The notes beneath the pieces are model-generated. The model was not told the DNA's origin. It made no database searches and saw nothing but the letters and a program-made list of their open reading frames with translations. From Magallana gigas (Eukaryota): a DNA stretch of 64,000 nt. Shown piece after piece: positions 25,231-39,600 of the stretch. The stretch is taken from the NCBI RefSeq assembly GCF_963853765.1, contig NC_088858.1:51150001-51214000 (forward strand), in the 5' to 3' direction. Each line of letters opens with the position of its first letter. The stretch's first letter is position 1. A program made the translations under genes and the position numbers.

Positions 25231-27970
25231 CATTGGGAAACTTTAAGTCTGGAATATTATGAATTGAACACCGAGAAAATTTGGTAAACTGCCGGTTGAC
25301 CACCGTTGAAATCAGACGTTCAACAATTTGATCATTGGTGAAGGCTGGTATCTTACAAGTTAACCAAATTGAATGGAAAAGCCGGTTATCTAGATACCAT
25401 TTGACAACTTACTAATACCTAAAATTACAAACTTTCTCAAGAATAACAGCGCAATTTCACATCAACAATCCACTTGATATTATCGCCAGAGATATCTGGT
25501 GGAATACAGCTGATCCACCAACACTATATTTTGTCTCCCTCTGAAACCTTTGTTCTGATAGTGGTGGCATCAAAATGTGTTGGTATATACTGAAGAAGAG
25601 GGGATGGGGGTGAAATGCCTCAAAATTTGGAAAGATGCACGCTAAACATACTTATGTCGCAGACCGAAAAGACTTGGTATACAGAAAGAGAAAAAGGGAC
25701 CACTGAGAAAAAAGCTCTGTTGGGTCAAAGATATACATGTACATGTACTAATACCCCCACAACTGACAGTGTTTAGAAAATGATAATTAATATCCAAAAT
25801 ATAGGAAATAATGAATTAAAGTGTATGACTTTTACATAATTTTTTTGGTCAAAAACTTATCCCACCAATGTAAAGTAAGTATAAAAAATATCAGGAAAAT
25901 ATGACATGAGCCTTTTAAACATTATTGATATTCAAAAACGGAAAATAATTTTTAAAAATTCAGCTGAAATCGAATGTGGTCATGTTTTTTTTTTGTCAAA
26001 ATTTTATTTTTCATTTTAAAAAATCGTCAAAAATGTATAACGCCACCCTTTATTGTAACAATATTTGCTAAGGCTTATACAGAGAGTATACGATGTCCCG
26101 ACAACAAAAAATCACTGAAATGACAAGATATGAAGTAGATTAGACCTTTGTGTATTGTGTAGACTGATGAGAACAAAGTAGGCAGTTTTCACGATTTGTT
26201 GAGAAATCGAAGTAGGTGATCTCCGAAAACGGCCATACAGTCGATGTGGCATCTTCTGTGAGGAATACATCAATAATCAAAGCACAATGTAGCCATTCGT
26301 ATCGACAGATTAAACCAATCACGATTAATGAAAGCGAGTTTGTTCAAAAGTCCTGTTATATTAATTTTTCCTCCTTCAAAGATTTGTACACATTGATTTA
26401 AAACTCCAGTAAAAGGTTTGGAGAACAGAATCAACAATAAATATAAATCTGTTAACGGGATCAGGAAAAGCAAGCCGAGGATGAAGTACAAAGTTTCTTA
26501 CCATCTTTTATGATAAAAGCTTATTTCCCATGGAAGTGCATGAAATGTTAAAATACAGTAGACACGTATAGATTTCGTCGCTTATTGTGAATGAATTCCA
26601 AAGGCTGTTATTAACTTAATGAAAGACTGATAATTGCATATTATATCCTTGCTTGATTAACTAGAAAAAACCTTAATCCTCGACTACAAAATTCATAAGA
26701 TTTTCTAAATTTCTAACACCTTTGTAAGTACGTGTAGAGACATCATTAGAGACATCATTAGCGTGTTAATTGGCACCTTCAGAAAGCCCGCCAAGGCTTT
26801 TTGCTACAATCGCTAGAAGGATTAGTATAAGGAAGATACGGATTTGACCTTGACATTATGCAAGTGGATACTTGGTCAAGGTCGACGATCTAAATAAACG
26901 ACGATCTTTTGCCAATTTTTTTTACATGACAACCACCCAGTCAGAAAGAAATCGGGAAACGAACACTTTCAAACACGAACAGTTTTACAAGCAGTAAAAA
27001 TACATTGTATATGTGAATACAAGTATACACTAGATTTTAGATTGTAGCTTACTGATATAAATTAACTTTATATTAATGAGCAAAAAAAATATTTGAAATG
27101 ATTTGATAACACGGTTAACACGAGTTGTTGGATTTGAACTTGTAATACACAGTTTTGATACAGCATAACCATAATTCTCATTCACTTTCTTCCAGTCTCC
27201 CCAACAATTTCATTTTCCAGGCAAACAACAGATGCATAAGTACGGTTTATGTCCATCGAAAATCATGCTTAGATAGACCCCCTCAGTACATACAAACGAT
27301 AAATCCAATGAAAGCCTTTACATCACCATGGTTGTATTTATCGAGGAGGCGATTGTTATTATTGGCTTCAATTTTGTTGGTTGTTTTTATAATATGTATT
27401 AAAAATGAGGAAAAAAAATTTTTTTTTAGATATTAAAATAAGAGAATCTTGACGAATGTATATACCGTCTACTCTGCAGGAAACGTTTGTACAGACAACG
27501 CCTGATTAACATGTACATGTAGAGTCAAACGAATAAACTCTCGGCTGACCACAGCTTAATTACGATTCTTACCGAATACATTCTAAACGTTTGAGTTCTT
27601 TGCTTCCACAGATTAGATGCAACTGTCAATGCACCTATCGATATATGTTTCTTATATTTGAGGTATGAACATCACATTGATCCGTATGGATTTCAATTCG
27701 GATATATCCTTTCAAAACTGTTAAAATATCGGAAAAAATCGTAAATATTTGTTAAAGGGGCTGAATAAACTTTTAAAGTAAAAAAAGTGTCCACTTGAAC
27801 CTCCTTGAAAAGAAAAGCTTCGTTAAGGTAAATAGAGGTATATTCCAATTAATTCTTAATTTAGATAGAGTATTTTTTTTCTTCAAAACTACAGTTTATG
27901 AGTGATAAACAATATTTGAAATTTTATGATTGATTTTGTTAATTTTCTTTACCAGTAAGCCTCCTTCAAC

Positions 27971-28845
27971 ATAGAACATAACAGTTACAATCATGTTACA
28001 GGCGTCTGTTTACCAAAGAAAAAAACCCAGTTACAATCATGTAACAGGTGTCTGTTTACCAAAGAAAAAACCCAGTTACAATCATGTTACAGGGGTCATT
28101 TTACCATAGCACAAAACAGTTACAATCATGTTACAGACGTCTGTTTACCAAAGAACAAAACAGTTACAATCATGTTACAGGTATCTGTTAACCAAAGAAC
28201 AAAACAGTTACAATCATGTTACAGGCGTCTGTTTACCAAAGAACAAAACAGTTACAATCATGCTACAGGCGTCTGTTTACCAAAGAAAAAAACCAGTTAC
28301 AATCATGTTACAGGTATCTGTTAACCAAAGAACAAAACAGTTACAATCATGTTACAGGCGTCTGTTTACCAAAGAACAAAACATTACAATCATGTTACAG
28401 GCGTCTGTTTACCAAAGAAAAAACCCAGTTACAATCATGTTACATACGAGTAAGTCTTTTTTCCATAGAACGGAACAATTGGTAGCTTGTCATAGGTGTC
28501 TCTTTACCAAAGAACAGGACAGCTGTTATAGTGTCACATGTAAAGGTTTACCATAAAACGGATCAATTGATATATTGTAACATGTGTCTGTGATTTATAG
28601 AAAAACCAGTTGATATTATGTAACTATACCTTTTATTAGAGATGTAAAATGGAAGAGTTGATATTGTGTAAGCTGTGTCTATTCATCATAGAACAAAAAC
28701 ATGTTTTCGAGTCACAGGTGTTTGTTTATAGTAGACGGAACAGTTAATATTGTGTCACATGTGCATGTTTATTATAGAACGGAACGGTTGATGTTGTGTA
28801 ACATGTGTCTGTGTTTGATAGAACGGAACAGTTGTTTTGTGTCAC
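27971..28845. repeat. 44-bp minisatellite (ACAGTTACAATCATGTTACAGGCGTCTGTTTACCAAAGAACAAA), about 10 clean copies plus a degenerate tail
   Basis: CAGTTACAATC anchors at 28117, 28161 and 28205 give a period of 44. Clean to about 28445, with recognisable decayed units to about 28845. Confidence 0.92.
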
Positions 28846-29142
28846 AAATGTCTTTTTGAAATTGAATGAGTATTTTCCTGTATTCAGGAGGCCTGATGCC
28901 TTATGATATAATATGCATGAGTAGTTGCAACATGCTTAGACTCTTTGTAAAAGATGAGATCTTAGAGGGTACTTGGAAAATTTCGAGTCAATTCTGGTAA
29001 TGTATTTATTTTTATAAAAGTGAACGTTTATTACTCAGTAGATAGCGACCTTTATTATATTTTTGCATTAACAACTTTGCAATTAACAAAAAAAACATGA
29101 TTTATTCGAGTAGACTTTATGCACAAACAGAAGTAGATCCAT

Positions 29143-29207
29143 CGTCGCAAGCCCCGGGTTTTGTGTCCTGTGTAAATAGAATGACACAAAACCCGTGGCT
29201 TGCGACG
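29143..29207. repeat. GC-rich hairpin, 25-bp arms with 1 mismatch, 15-nt loop
   Basis: CGTCGCAAGCCCCGGGTTTTGTGTC (29143-29167) vs GACACAAAACCCGTGGCTTGCGACG (29183-29207). Confidence 0.9.
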
Positions 29208-32200
29208 TTGAAGGAAGCAGGCCAACAAAAATTAATTCTGAATCTGTCTTATTTTCACAATACAATTTATCATCTTTCTTACCGTCGACTCTTTTCATTA
29301 TCGACAAATTTATATTATGGTTTTTCTGACACACCAGATAACAACACAAAAATGTGTTATATATGGTAAATTAATTTTTTCTTTCAAAACATTGATTCAT
29401 CTATTGACTTAGAGTCAGGTGAAAATCATCAATTATTCCTATTGAATATTCATGACCACATTTGTCCAAATAAACAAATTTGTCATCCATGGCAATGTCC
29501 TTTGATTCCACGCAATATGCATTTTTGATTCCCATGAGGATTTTTTTCCCATTTGGCGTTTTATGAGGCGTTCAGTTTTGATATAACAAGAACCATAAGT
29601 TCGGCCATTAATAAATGAGTAAAAGTAAAAATTTAACCTAAATTACGGTCTGTCCATTTATAAATGTTACAGCAGGCGGTTCATTAATTTGTTTCGTGGG
29701 ACATTCTAGGAGAGTCACCGATCAATGCAATCGATGATTTAAGCGACCCTCGGAAGGTAGCAAAATAAGCAGGTAGCTATCAGTCATCTATCGTCCTCTG
29801 GACTGCTAACAGGTAAGTACCTATACCTTTTGTTCTCGCTATCTGTCGCTCTTCATTACTACATCACTGAAAATTTTAGCAAAAATGATTTTACGATGTT
29901 GTATTCGTTTGTTTTTTTCCTTCTTCATTTTTATATATCAGTATTTTAAATTCATGGTACAGCTGTATTATAATGACTGAAAACCAAAAAATTGACATTT
30001 TTTAAGAACAGACATATTTATAAATTATATATATTTGTTTTATCATTTTACACATTCCAAGTTAACTCAACATTTTACAATCTTTGAGAACACTGGGTTA
30101 ACCAAGAGGTTCTCAAATATGTTTCCATTATTATTGCGTGCTGACATCTTGATGGCATCGGAAGATGCTTATATTGCACGCAAAAAACCAAAAGTTTTCT
30201 ACTTTGATTTTCTCTTTTGGGTTCACCGGCTAATCACAGTAGTTTCTGAACTTTGTAGATACCGTCTAAAAAGTATCCTCATAACCAATTAAACAAACTC
30301 TTGTTTGTACAGCTAAAATTCCTCAAATGGTTCTGTCAATCATAAATGCATCGAATAAATAATTATACCTCATACTCTTATCCTATATGGAATTTCATTT
30401 CACGAATTACAAGTATCTTTGGAAGACAGTCTCGTGTAAATCATCACCCCTGAGTGTAAGCACTACATTACACCCCCTCCCCACCCCCAAATTACCGATT
30501 ATGCTACAAGATTAATATTTACACCCCCCCCCTTCAATAAGAAGGAAATAACAGCAACTGTGTGAGAACGCAATGTTTTCCTACGAAGTCGTGAAATAGC
30601 GCGCGTTTCACGCTCTATTGTTTGTACAACTAGATTACGGAGAGATACAATGGAAATTTGTCTGTTTGTCATCTGGGAAAACATCAGAATAATTTTCTAT
30701 ACCATCGATTTTGGTTTAACAGCTTTTTTAATTAAATGGAAGCTATGGGGCTACGTTTACTTAGAAGTTAAACATCGGTGGAAATCGAAGGTCACTTTGA
30801 CACATTGGTCGTTAATCTTTGAGACAGCACATGTAATTGAAATGTTAGAATATCAATTCTTAAAAAAAACTAAAACCAAAAAGTAGACCTTAAAAGAAAA
30901 ATAAATTATTAAACAAAAAACCAAAAAAAACGAGAAAGTTCATGCAGCGTCACCAATTTGACATGACCTTGAACTTGACCGCGTTCAAGTTACATATATA
31001 GTACATCATTCGTTGTCTTAGCTCTATGCATCATCATACTCGTATACTGTACCAAGAATGCCCGTATTTTTAATCTTGAGAACCATTTCCATGTTAATGT
31101 CTGTCTGCATAAATAAATATTTCTAAATATTTTCAAAAAAACTTGGAGAAACCATCATATCTTATTAGTTTTAGATTAAGTACACTTAAGGACACGTGTT
31201 TACATTCTGTGTAACAAATGTGTTTTATACCAAGAGAAAACTTATTCAATCCATTGTTTTGGTCTTTTGCGAACATACATTCTCATATTTAGATCTAATC
31301 TGCTCCGCTGAGAATTTGGTTTTCGTCAAATTTACGTCAACAGTCTTCTCTGTGTTCCGATACTTTCTGTACAGGTTACTAATTATAAATAAAATTAATT
31401 TAAAAATAAGAGGAATGTTTGGAATAAGGCCGAAGCATTAAACATTATCAAGCTATTTTCTACATAGTTGTAGCAAAGCCTTTGATATTAAGCTAGATTT
31501 TTTTTTCTAACAAAGTTCGTGGTTACACAGACGTAAGTTTTTATTTCATTCAGGTGATTTTTTCCTTTCTAAATTAAATTTTACTTATCATTTGGGATCG
31601 AACTCTTTAATTAGATTATAATATTTTTTTAACCCATGATTTAAAAATCCCGCGAATAACTGATTATCATTATTTTTTTTTTGTAACAAAGCAAGTGATT
31701 GGTCTTATTGAGTAACTCAATCAGTTTGTATCAAGATCTCTGATTGATAGAAGTAATTTTTTAACATTTTTTTTGAAGCAGAGGTTGTGATTCTTTGGCA
31801 TGTAAAATGTAATACATGCATAACAAGCCCATGATAGGCTAAAGTTTTTTTTTCTTTTGTTTCAATTCTAATGGCAGGCTTGACAGACACGTCAATCCAT
31901 GGGATGGGGTTATACTACATGTTTATCCTCAATTTCACTGCTCATTCCCTTATTTTCAATTCAATTTTTATCATGGTCCAGGGGGAGGCACTCCATATTT
32001 ATTCATTTTTTTGTCTGTAAATTACAAAATTATTGCTGCGCCAAAAAGATGGGGAGGAGGGCAGCCCCCCCCCCCACTCCCGCCCCCCCCCCCCCCCCCG
32101 ATGTTACCTGTTTGTTACAAATTCCCTGATCAATCAGAAGTAGTTTTAAAACAAAGCTAATGCAGGATTATTATTTTTTACGGAACTTGTGACTAATTTA

Positions 32201-33642
32201 CTTTGACAGAGTTTATGACCATATACTTTGAAAATCATTTTGCGTGTGCTTTGAAGTTAATAGTGATGAGCTGAAAGTAAGTTCAATGCATTATTTTTTG
32301 TTACAAGGTCTCTGATTTGATGTGAGTGTTAACGTTGTTCCTTTGTTATCTATTAATCTGGAACGTGTTTTACATGTAAAATGTGCCGGATAGCACATAA
32401 ATATAAAAAAAAATGGTATAACCAGTTCAATATTCAGAAATATCGTTTTATATATTTATTTCATCGAAGTTGCTATTGATAAATATGAAAACCATTAATA
32501 GAACCCATTGCCAACCAAGGTTAACTAACATAAATGCACAAAGAAACGGCCTAAATTCATCAATGAACCCAAACTTATTTACATGAAAACAATCATTTGA
32601 TGAAAACACATAAAAGGGCACAATGACAAGTCATTTATGGAATCAAACAGCGGCACAAATTACCAGTACTTATTTGACATTGTTATTACTGTTTGATGGT
32701 CGATAGCTCAATTGTTTAACGGTCGGTCTTTTCTGTCTGGGCAGACATTTTACTGTGTTTTATGTGGATCAAATCCCCGTCCCTTCCTTGTAGAGCCTGA
32801 CCCCGATAAAATGTGCTTATTAATAAAAATCAATCAGCATTTCCAGGTTCATGCGGTCCTTTATGAGCTGCCTCTGTACGGAGTGATTGGTGCGTTAATG
32901 TAACACCACACGCCATATTATTGTAATGGCGTCCCACAGGCAAAGGACAGTCGCCCGCGCAATCACACACAATGCGGTGCAAAAACAAACTTCTTTTTCT
33001 ATTTTCGTAATAATAGCAGTAATGATACAGCCATAACTTAGGACTGATAAAGATGATGATGGTGATGATGATGAGATTGATGGCTAGGATATTTAAATAT
33101 CACCTCAGATAAGGGCGATAAATCGGGGGAATTACACGGCGATTAAGTTTTCATAAAAACTTCAAAAGATATGAATTCGGTCTATTGTTGGAGATTCTTC
33201 CTGAAAGTGACGCCTCATTAATACATATAACAAGTATTTGAACATCAAAACCTCACAGGTTTTTTGCACTTTAGTTCTTTATTGCTTCGAGACCGAGATC
33301 TTTAGATTTTAAGCACCAGATTTGTTAATTAATTTTTACAAAAAAATTGTTGGATCAAAACCCGAAGAAAGATTTAAATTAACGAAAGAAACCAACTGAC
33401 AATATAAATACATTTTTATTTTGGGTAAGCAAAATTAATCACAGAAACTATAGTCGCTAGAAATATAAACTTTTATTTAAATTATACTATCTAATTAAGC
33501 TATTAACGTTTATTTTATAAAAATGCTAATTATCCCTTTTTATTGCAGATCAACATGAAAAGAGTATTTCTATAACAAACCAGGCGATGGAAATAGATGT
33601 AATCTGACAAAATACCAGCCCTGGCGAACCTCCCCTCTTTGT

Positions 33643-36600
33643 ATGATGGGAAAGTTGGATAGGTTCGACATAGTGTTTGAAAACCCAGACGGTGTCTGCG
33701 TATCCGGAAACCCCCTCAGTGGTTCCGTTATTTTGGAACTTTCTGGAAAATTGAAAATTTGTGGTAGGTAAATTATGTCTATCGATCAATCCAAATTAAA
33801 GTACATAGATATTACTTGTGGAAACATCAAGTTTACCATAACCATTTGCCATTTGGAACATTTCATCAATTTACATGTAAATGTACATATTTGGCAAAAT
33901 CAATAACCGAGAAGTTTAAAGCTCCTTAAAAGGCATTTGATAAAGTAGAGTTTGTTTCCCAATCTGTGAGGTCCGCAACAAATCCACCAGGAGTGAAATA
34001 TCGGTAGTGTAAAAGTAAACACAAAAGCTTTAATCTAACATATACTATACTTATACTTAAGGTTGATACCTTTTTTTATTAAAAACAATACTAATTATGC
34101 ACGTTTTGCAGTATCTTTGATTTGTCGGCATATTGTGCTAATTCCCTGATCAATAGGTGTCGTTAATTAAGCATGCCAGTGGCTTCGCTACAGAACTATT
34201 TAAATGAAGTAAGGAAGCAAAGAGCACATTGATACATTTGCTCCATTACTTTATAGCTGCAATGATATTCAATATTCCCTCTTCGCAATATTTACTCGAT
34301 AATGTGTAAAAATTAAATATTCATGTCTCTAGACCTCGGATGCACGTACTGGGTTTACAATAATCTATACTCGGAGAGGATTTGTTAACTTTAGTTGGAT
34401 AAACCAACCTTTAATTTAGCCAGTGTTTAGTGTTAGTGCTACGATTAAATAGCATTCGGTAAATAGAGATATTAAGATTAAATACATTCCTACTGTTTAC
34501 AAGATTTATGGCTACATTAGTCAAATGTTTCAGTCTCAAGGAGTGGTCTTCATCATGTAAAAAATATCACAAAATCTTATATTCCAAAACTTCAATAGCT
34601 TAATACTTAAAAGTTTTCATTAGCCGTTACGTTACTAAAACGGATATAATGTTTTAAAAAAATGGATAGTTGAAGAATGACAAGCATTTATTTTGATCGT
34701 ATCTCGTGTTCTGTTGTAAAACATTCCGCTAATTTCTGGTCCATGAGATATTGTACCCAAGGGCATGCCCATGATTACATATCAATGTTATCTGGATTTT
34801 ATGAAAGAAGAACATGTCCATGCTAACCAATCGATAATATTTCAATTGGTCTTTATTGTATGATATATTAGTGCATGTCCATGGGAACGAATCCATGATA
34901 TCTGGACTTTATGATCCACTATATGATTATATAGTTCAACGTATTATGAAGTGGATATTTCCCAATGGTAAAACAAAATTGCACTCATTTATTAATCAAT
35001 ATTTATTTCCATGGCAAATATATAGGTGCATGATTTTCTTTCAATATTGAACTAAAGCTACTCTCTCTGAGAGACAGGAAAACTATCTATTATTAATAGA
35101 CTTTGTGTTTCCTGATTATCTATGTTAAAACTGTTTTATTGCTATTTACGGCAATAATAAATGATAAATATATATCTTTTTTATATTTTGAGTTGTTTCT
35201 ACTTGTTACAGAGTTGTTGCTCCGTTTCCATGGTTACGCCAGTGTGTGCTGGGTGGAGCGACAGTCCAGTGGTCACGGTAAGAACAAGAGGGCCGTGGCC
35301 AAGCACTACTCCAGCGACGAGATCTACTTCGACCACACCGTGAACGTCATCGGTAAGTCAACATAAAATCAAAGTCCTGCAATTGTCATCAGCAGCAAGA
35401 GCCTTTTTTAAAGGAGACAATCAATTTTAATCTTAGTCTCACCTGTCCACTATATAATCCTTTTGGTAAAATGAAAGATAAAAAGTGTGCATGCTAAATT
35501 TTATGAACTTTGATACTAGAGTGTTTGTAGGTTTTAAATCCCCTTATTGGCTAAATAATGTTATTCTATGCATGATAAACCATAGATCAGAGTGATAGGT
35601 TGTACATGTATTCATTTACTTTTCCTCAGGGAATAATGGCAGGGATATACAGGTCCTCGCGGCTGGGCACCACTCCCTCCCATTCGAGTTCCACCTCCCT
35701 GCCGATTGTCCTACGTCATACGAAGGCTCCATTGGTCGCGTGCGTTACTACGTTTCCGCTAAAATCCGGAAGTTATACGAAATCGAACACACCACAATGA
35801 AACTATTCACTGTGATTCATCACCTTGACCTGAACAACGACCTACGTTTGCTGGTATAAGTTATCATTATTTGTTTAATCATATCTATTGTCTTAAGGAT
35901 GCTCGACACACCAATGCATTATTTGATGGATCGATGAAGAATAATTTTTGAGAAATGATTATATAAAAATGACACCTATATCGGCTTCCAATTATTTTAT
36001 ATGAATTTTTTTGTATTTTTTTTATAGAAACCGGGAACATCGTTTTAGCTGCGAACAGGATATCTTAGAGCTAAAAATTTGTTATCAATTAATGCACAAT
36101 ACAATTATCTATAAATACATATCAAAGATGGCCATACAAACTTTTAATATTTTAAAAAAAAAAATGATAAAAATATAAAACAAAAATATTAGATATTTTT
36201 TAAATCTATGGATAAAAACTGCAAATAAACTGTTTCTCGCAATAAACAATTGCTGTACAATCATATTTCAACAAGAAATTGGAACGAAATAGTGAAATTA
36301 AAGAAAAACTGGAAAATCTTACAACTGAACCGATCCCGATTGTAATTAAACTAATCCCGAACAAAATCACATAAAGTTAGAATGTATCACAATTTTGCAA
36401 AAATTAACTCTAAAATGGTTTGGTCATTTACTGACTTTATAATTCATATCAGTTACTCAGAATAAACTGCAGAATTTTGTAAAATTTTAAAATAATTCTA
36501 ATCGGGATCAGTTTTTTTTTCAATCAGGATCGGTCCAAATTTGATAAATAACAATTTTCCTAAAACTTCGCATCTTCGTTTCAATTTCTTTGTAAAATAT

Positions 36601-39600
36601 CATTGTTTAGTACTTTAACTATATGTGACTATATGCTATTCTTTAAATTTTATCCATAGATTAAAGAGAAATTTTGATTTTCAGAAATATTTTTCAATAA
36701 AGAATTAAATACTTGACCCGGCAAACAATCTTTGCATGTATTTATTCATAATAATATTACACATCAATTGACACCAAGTTTTAAGCTCTAAAATACCCTG
36801 TTTGTCCTTAAAACAGTTAACGTTTTTCCTATTTCACTGAAAAAATACAACAACAAAAATCATATAAAATAACTGAAAGCCGATATTGATCTCCGTTTTG
36901 TGGAATCATATTTCAAAATGATTCTCCATCGATCCATCAAATAGAATTTTAGTGTGTCGAGGAAACTTAATATGAAAGCACTGCGATATTAAGAAGAAAT
37001 GTAACACAAATTTCACATAAAAATGTGGTAATTTTACAGCAACCCGCGGAGGCCAGCAATGATATGACCCTGTGCTGCCTCTGTTGTAAGTCAGGACCAA
37101 TCTCTGCCACGCTATATTTAGAAACAATAGGCTTTGTCCCGGGAGAAGGGATTCCCATCCACGTGGAGATTGAGAACAGAAGTGGAAGGAAAATTTCTGC
37201 GGCCAGTGTTACGTTACTCATGGTAAATTTATATGTTTTCCCGACACGATGTTTATTCCAAGAAAGCTTTAATACAGTGAAATGCATCATCAAATTCGTT
37301 TGCTCTTTTGTCCTGTCATTCCAAAATGAAAGGTTTCTGTGACAGTTCTATGTTTGTTTCACTGGATTTTCTGATAATGACACATTGCTTATGAACACAT
37401 TGTTTATTGATGTATGAAAGTTTACTCAGGGATTACGTGCTTTGGTTCTCTCAGTCCGGACAATCTACGAATATTGGTCCCCACCACTGGAGATGTGTAT
37501 AATCAATCTTCTACATTATTTTAAAATGTCGACGAGGAACAAAACCTGAATAAACATATTTTAGATTTCATATCAGTCGCGTTAGGACTATGGGACTACT
37601 TTCCCAACCTACAGAGTCGTGGCCTTTTAGGTTTTATAAGTTTTACTCTTCTCCTAACGTAGGAGAAATCAATGAATTTTAACAATGCATATATATTTAC
37701 GATGGCGATGTTTACTTTAATCTAATAAATTTATTAGAATGAAATTGATTTACTACTCAGACAAGATGTCAGTCATGATCTATAAAGAACAAAATAGGAC
37801 CACCCAAACAGTCTTTTGTGTTAAATGTTTTTATGAAGTTGTTTCGTTTTATAAAGGTGGTACGATATAACACAAGTAAAAAGTCGAAGACACACACCAA
37901 TCAAGTGGCATCCCTGTGCAAGGACGAATGGAATGCTGGGAAGACGGAAATGTGGACGGGAGAGCGATTGATTATACCCTCCGTACCGCCATCTTATCTC
38001 ATCGGCTGTGATATCATCGAAATATCGTATGTTCTAGAGGTAGTATCAAACTCTAGACTTTATTACATAATATAACTGCCAATCATACTGTCCCAGTGTC
38101 GTTTTTCAGAGTTTTTGTTGCGTTATGGCTTGGTGAATTGATTTTAAACTTGCTGTTTAGCTTTATACTGTGAAACCAAAGACCATGTTTGAGTTTAATA
38201 CTACTGATTGACGGATTGTGAAGAAATTAATCCTAAATAAAAATAAATTCGTCTTCTGAAAAAAAAATCTAACAAAATTTTCTCGAAAGCTATTCTGCAC
38301 ATAAAACGGCAATCTGGGGTGTCGGTAGGAGGCTTGTATTGTTTATGCAATACTCTTCTTATCATAAGCAGCCTCTTTACAAACATTCGAATAGTTTTTG
38401 CTGACATCTTCAGTTCAGTTATATTCATTAATCCTTACAGCTGAAGGTCCATCCCTCTGGCCCAGCGTTCACTCTACCAGTCAAAATGGAGGTGGTTGTG
38501 GGCACGAAACCCTTGAAGAACTCTACCAATAATTTTACCTACAGCGGGTCGGGAGTCTCGCTAATTTCACCAATTCACCGAACCAACGAACAACAGAACA
38601 AACGTAAGTTAAAGTAAAGAGTGCTTGTAATCCCCCTGCGCAGCTTGTTGTGAAGGGAATATAGCACCGCTGCTGAGCGTGTGTATGTATGTGTGTTAAT
38701 TCAGCGTTGTAAGCAAAATTAAAAGGAAACCCTCGCATACATGTTTATCAAACTTCGTACACTTCATAAGCATGGTTAAAGGACAAACCCTATACATCTA
38801 CAAGTAATTATATTGAATATTTATTAAAATATCGCTAAAATTACAACAATTAAATTGTATGGAAATTTTATGTACGACCTGACAATAAACATTTCCGGTT
38901 CGTGAAAGTGAACGTCTCAAGTTTACAACTTAATATTTTGTTTGATTAAGGCCTTTTCAAGGTGAGAAACAAACGCTTTTTAACTTATAGAAATGGGGTG
39001 TCCAAAGGGAAAAATTGAAGAGAACAGGAGATTAGTTCATCCTAATTTAATAAAAAAAAAATGCAGCCGTCTGATCGAACCAAATTTCGGGCTATATTTC
39101 CCGATTTGCTATGAGAATTTAAGAACATGTTCAAGGTTCAGAAGAGACTTATAAAATTATAAAGCTAAAGTTAAAACATTTGTGATGTGTTTTCGCTAGT
39201 AAGGAGAGTAATTGCACAACTACCTAAATATAACACCCCCCCCCCCCCATGTATACACCAAGAGCGTACGTGGGGATAGGAATAAACGAAACATGTTAAT
39301 TCCTAGCGGTTTTAAGAAGATAAATGTTTTTCTTCTCAATTACGTGTATATTCCTGAATAATGCATCCCCCACTATATAACATTTCGCGAGGGATGCTCC
39401 TCTTTGCGGTGCCCTTGTTTACAACCGTTATTCTCCATCCATAAGGCGATTGCATGGAGAGGGATTTCTGTTTCGGTTGCCATTATTAGGCGACTGGTTA
39501 AGTAACTGGCACACTTTTTCAACTTTCATCACAACAATGTCATCTACATAAATATCTGATGCATTTTGATAATCTTTTTTTCAGCCCTAGCTATTTTTAA

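Noticed and set aside
27971-28556. 44-bp array as a CRISPR array or repeat protein
   Set aside because: Units are contiguous with no unique spacers, no cas genes are present and the context is eukaryotic. A 44-bp period is not a multiple of 3, so the ORFs shift frame.
32700-32785. Weak A-box/B-box-like motifs
   Set aside because: Too degenerate, and no cloverleaf can be folded.
29700-33550. Searched for a ChoRE (two E-boxes 5 nt apart) upstream of ARRDC, as in TXNIP/ARRDC4
   Set aside because: No convincing match by eye; only a CGTGAAA-n9-TTTCACG inverted pair near 30590.
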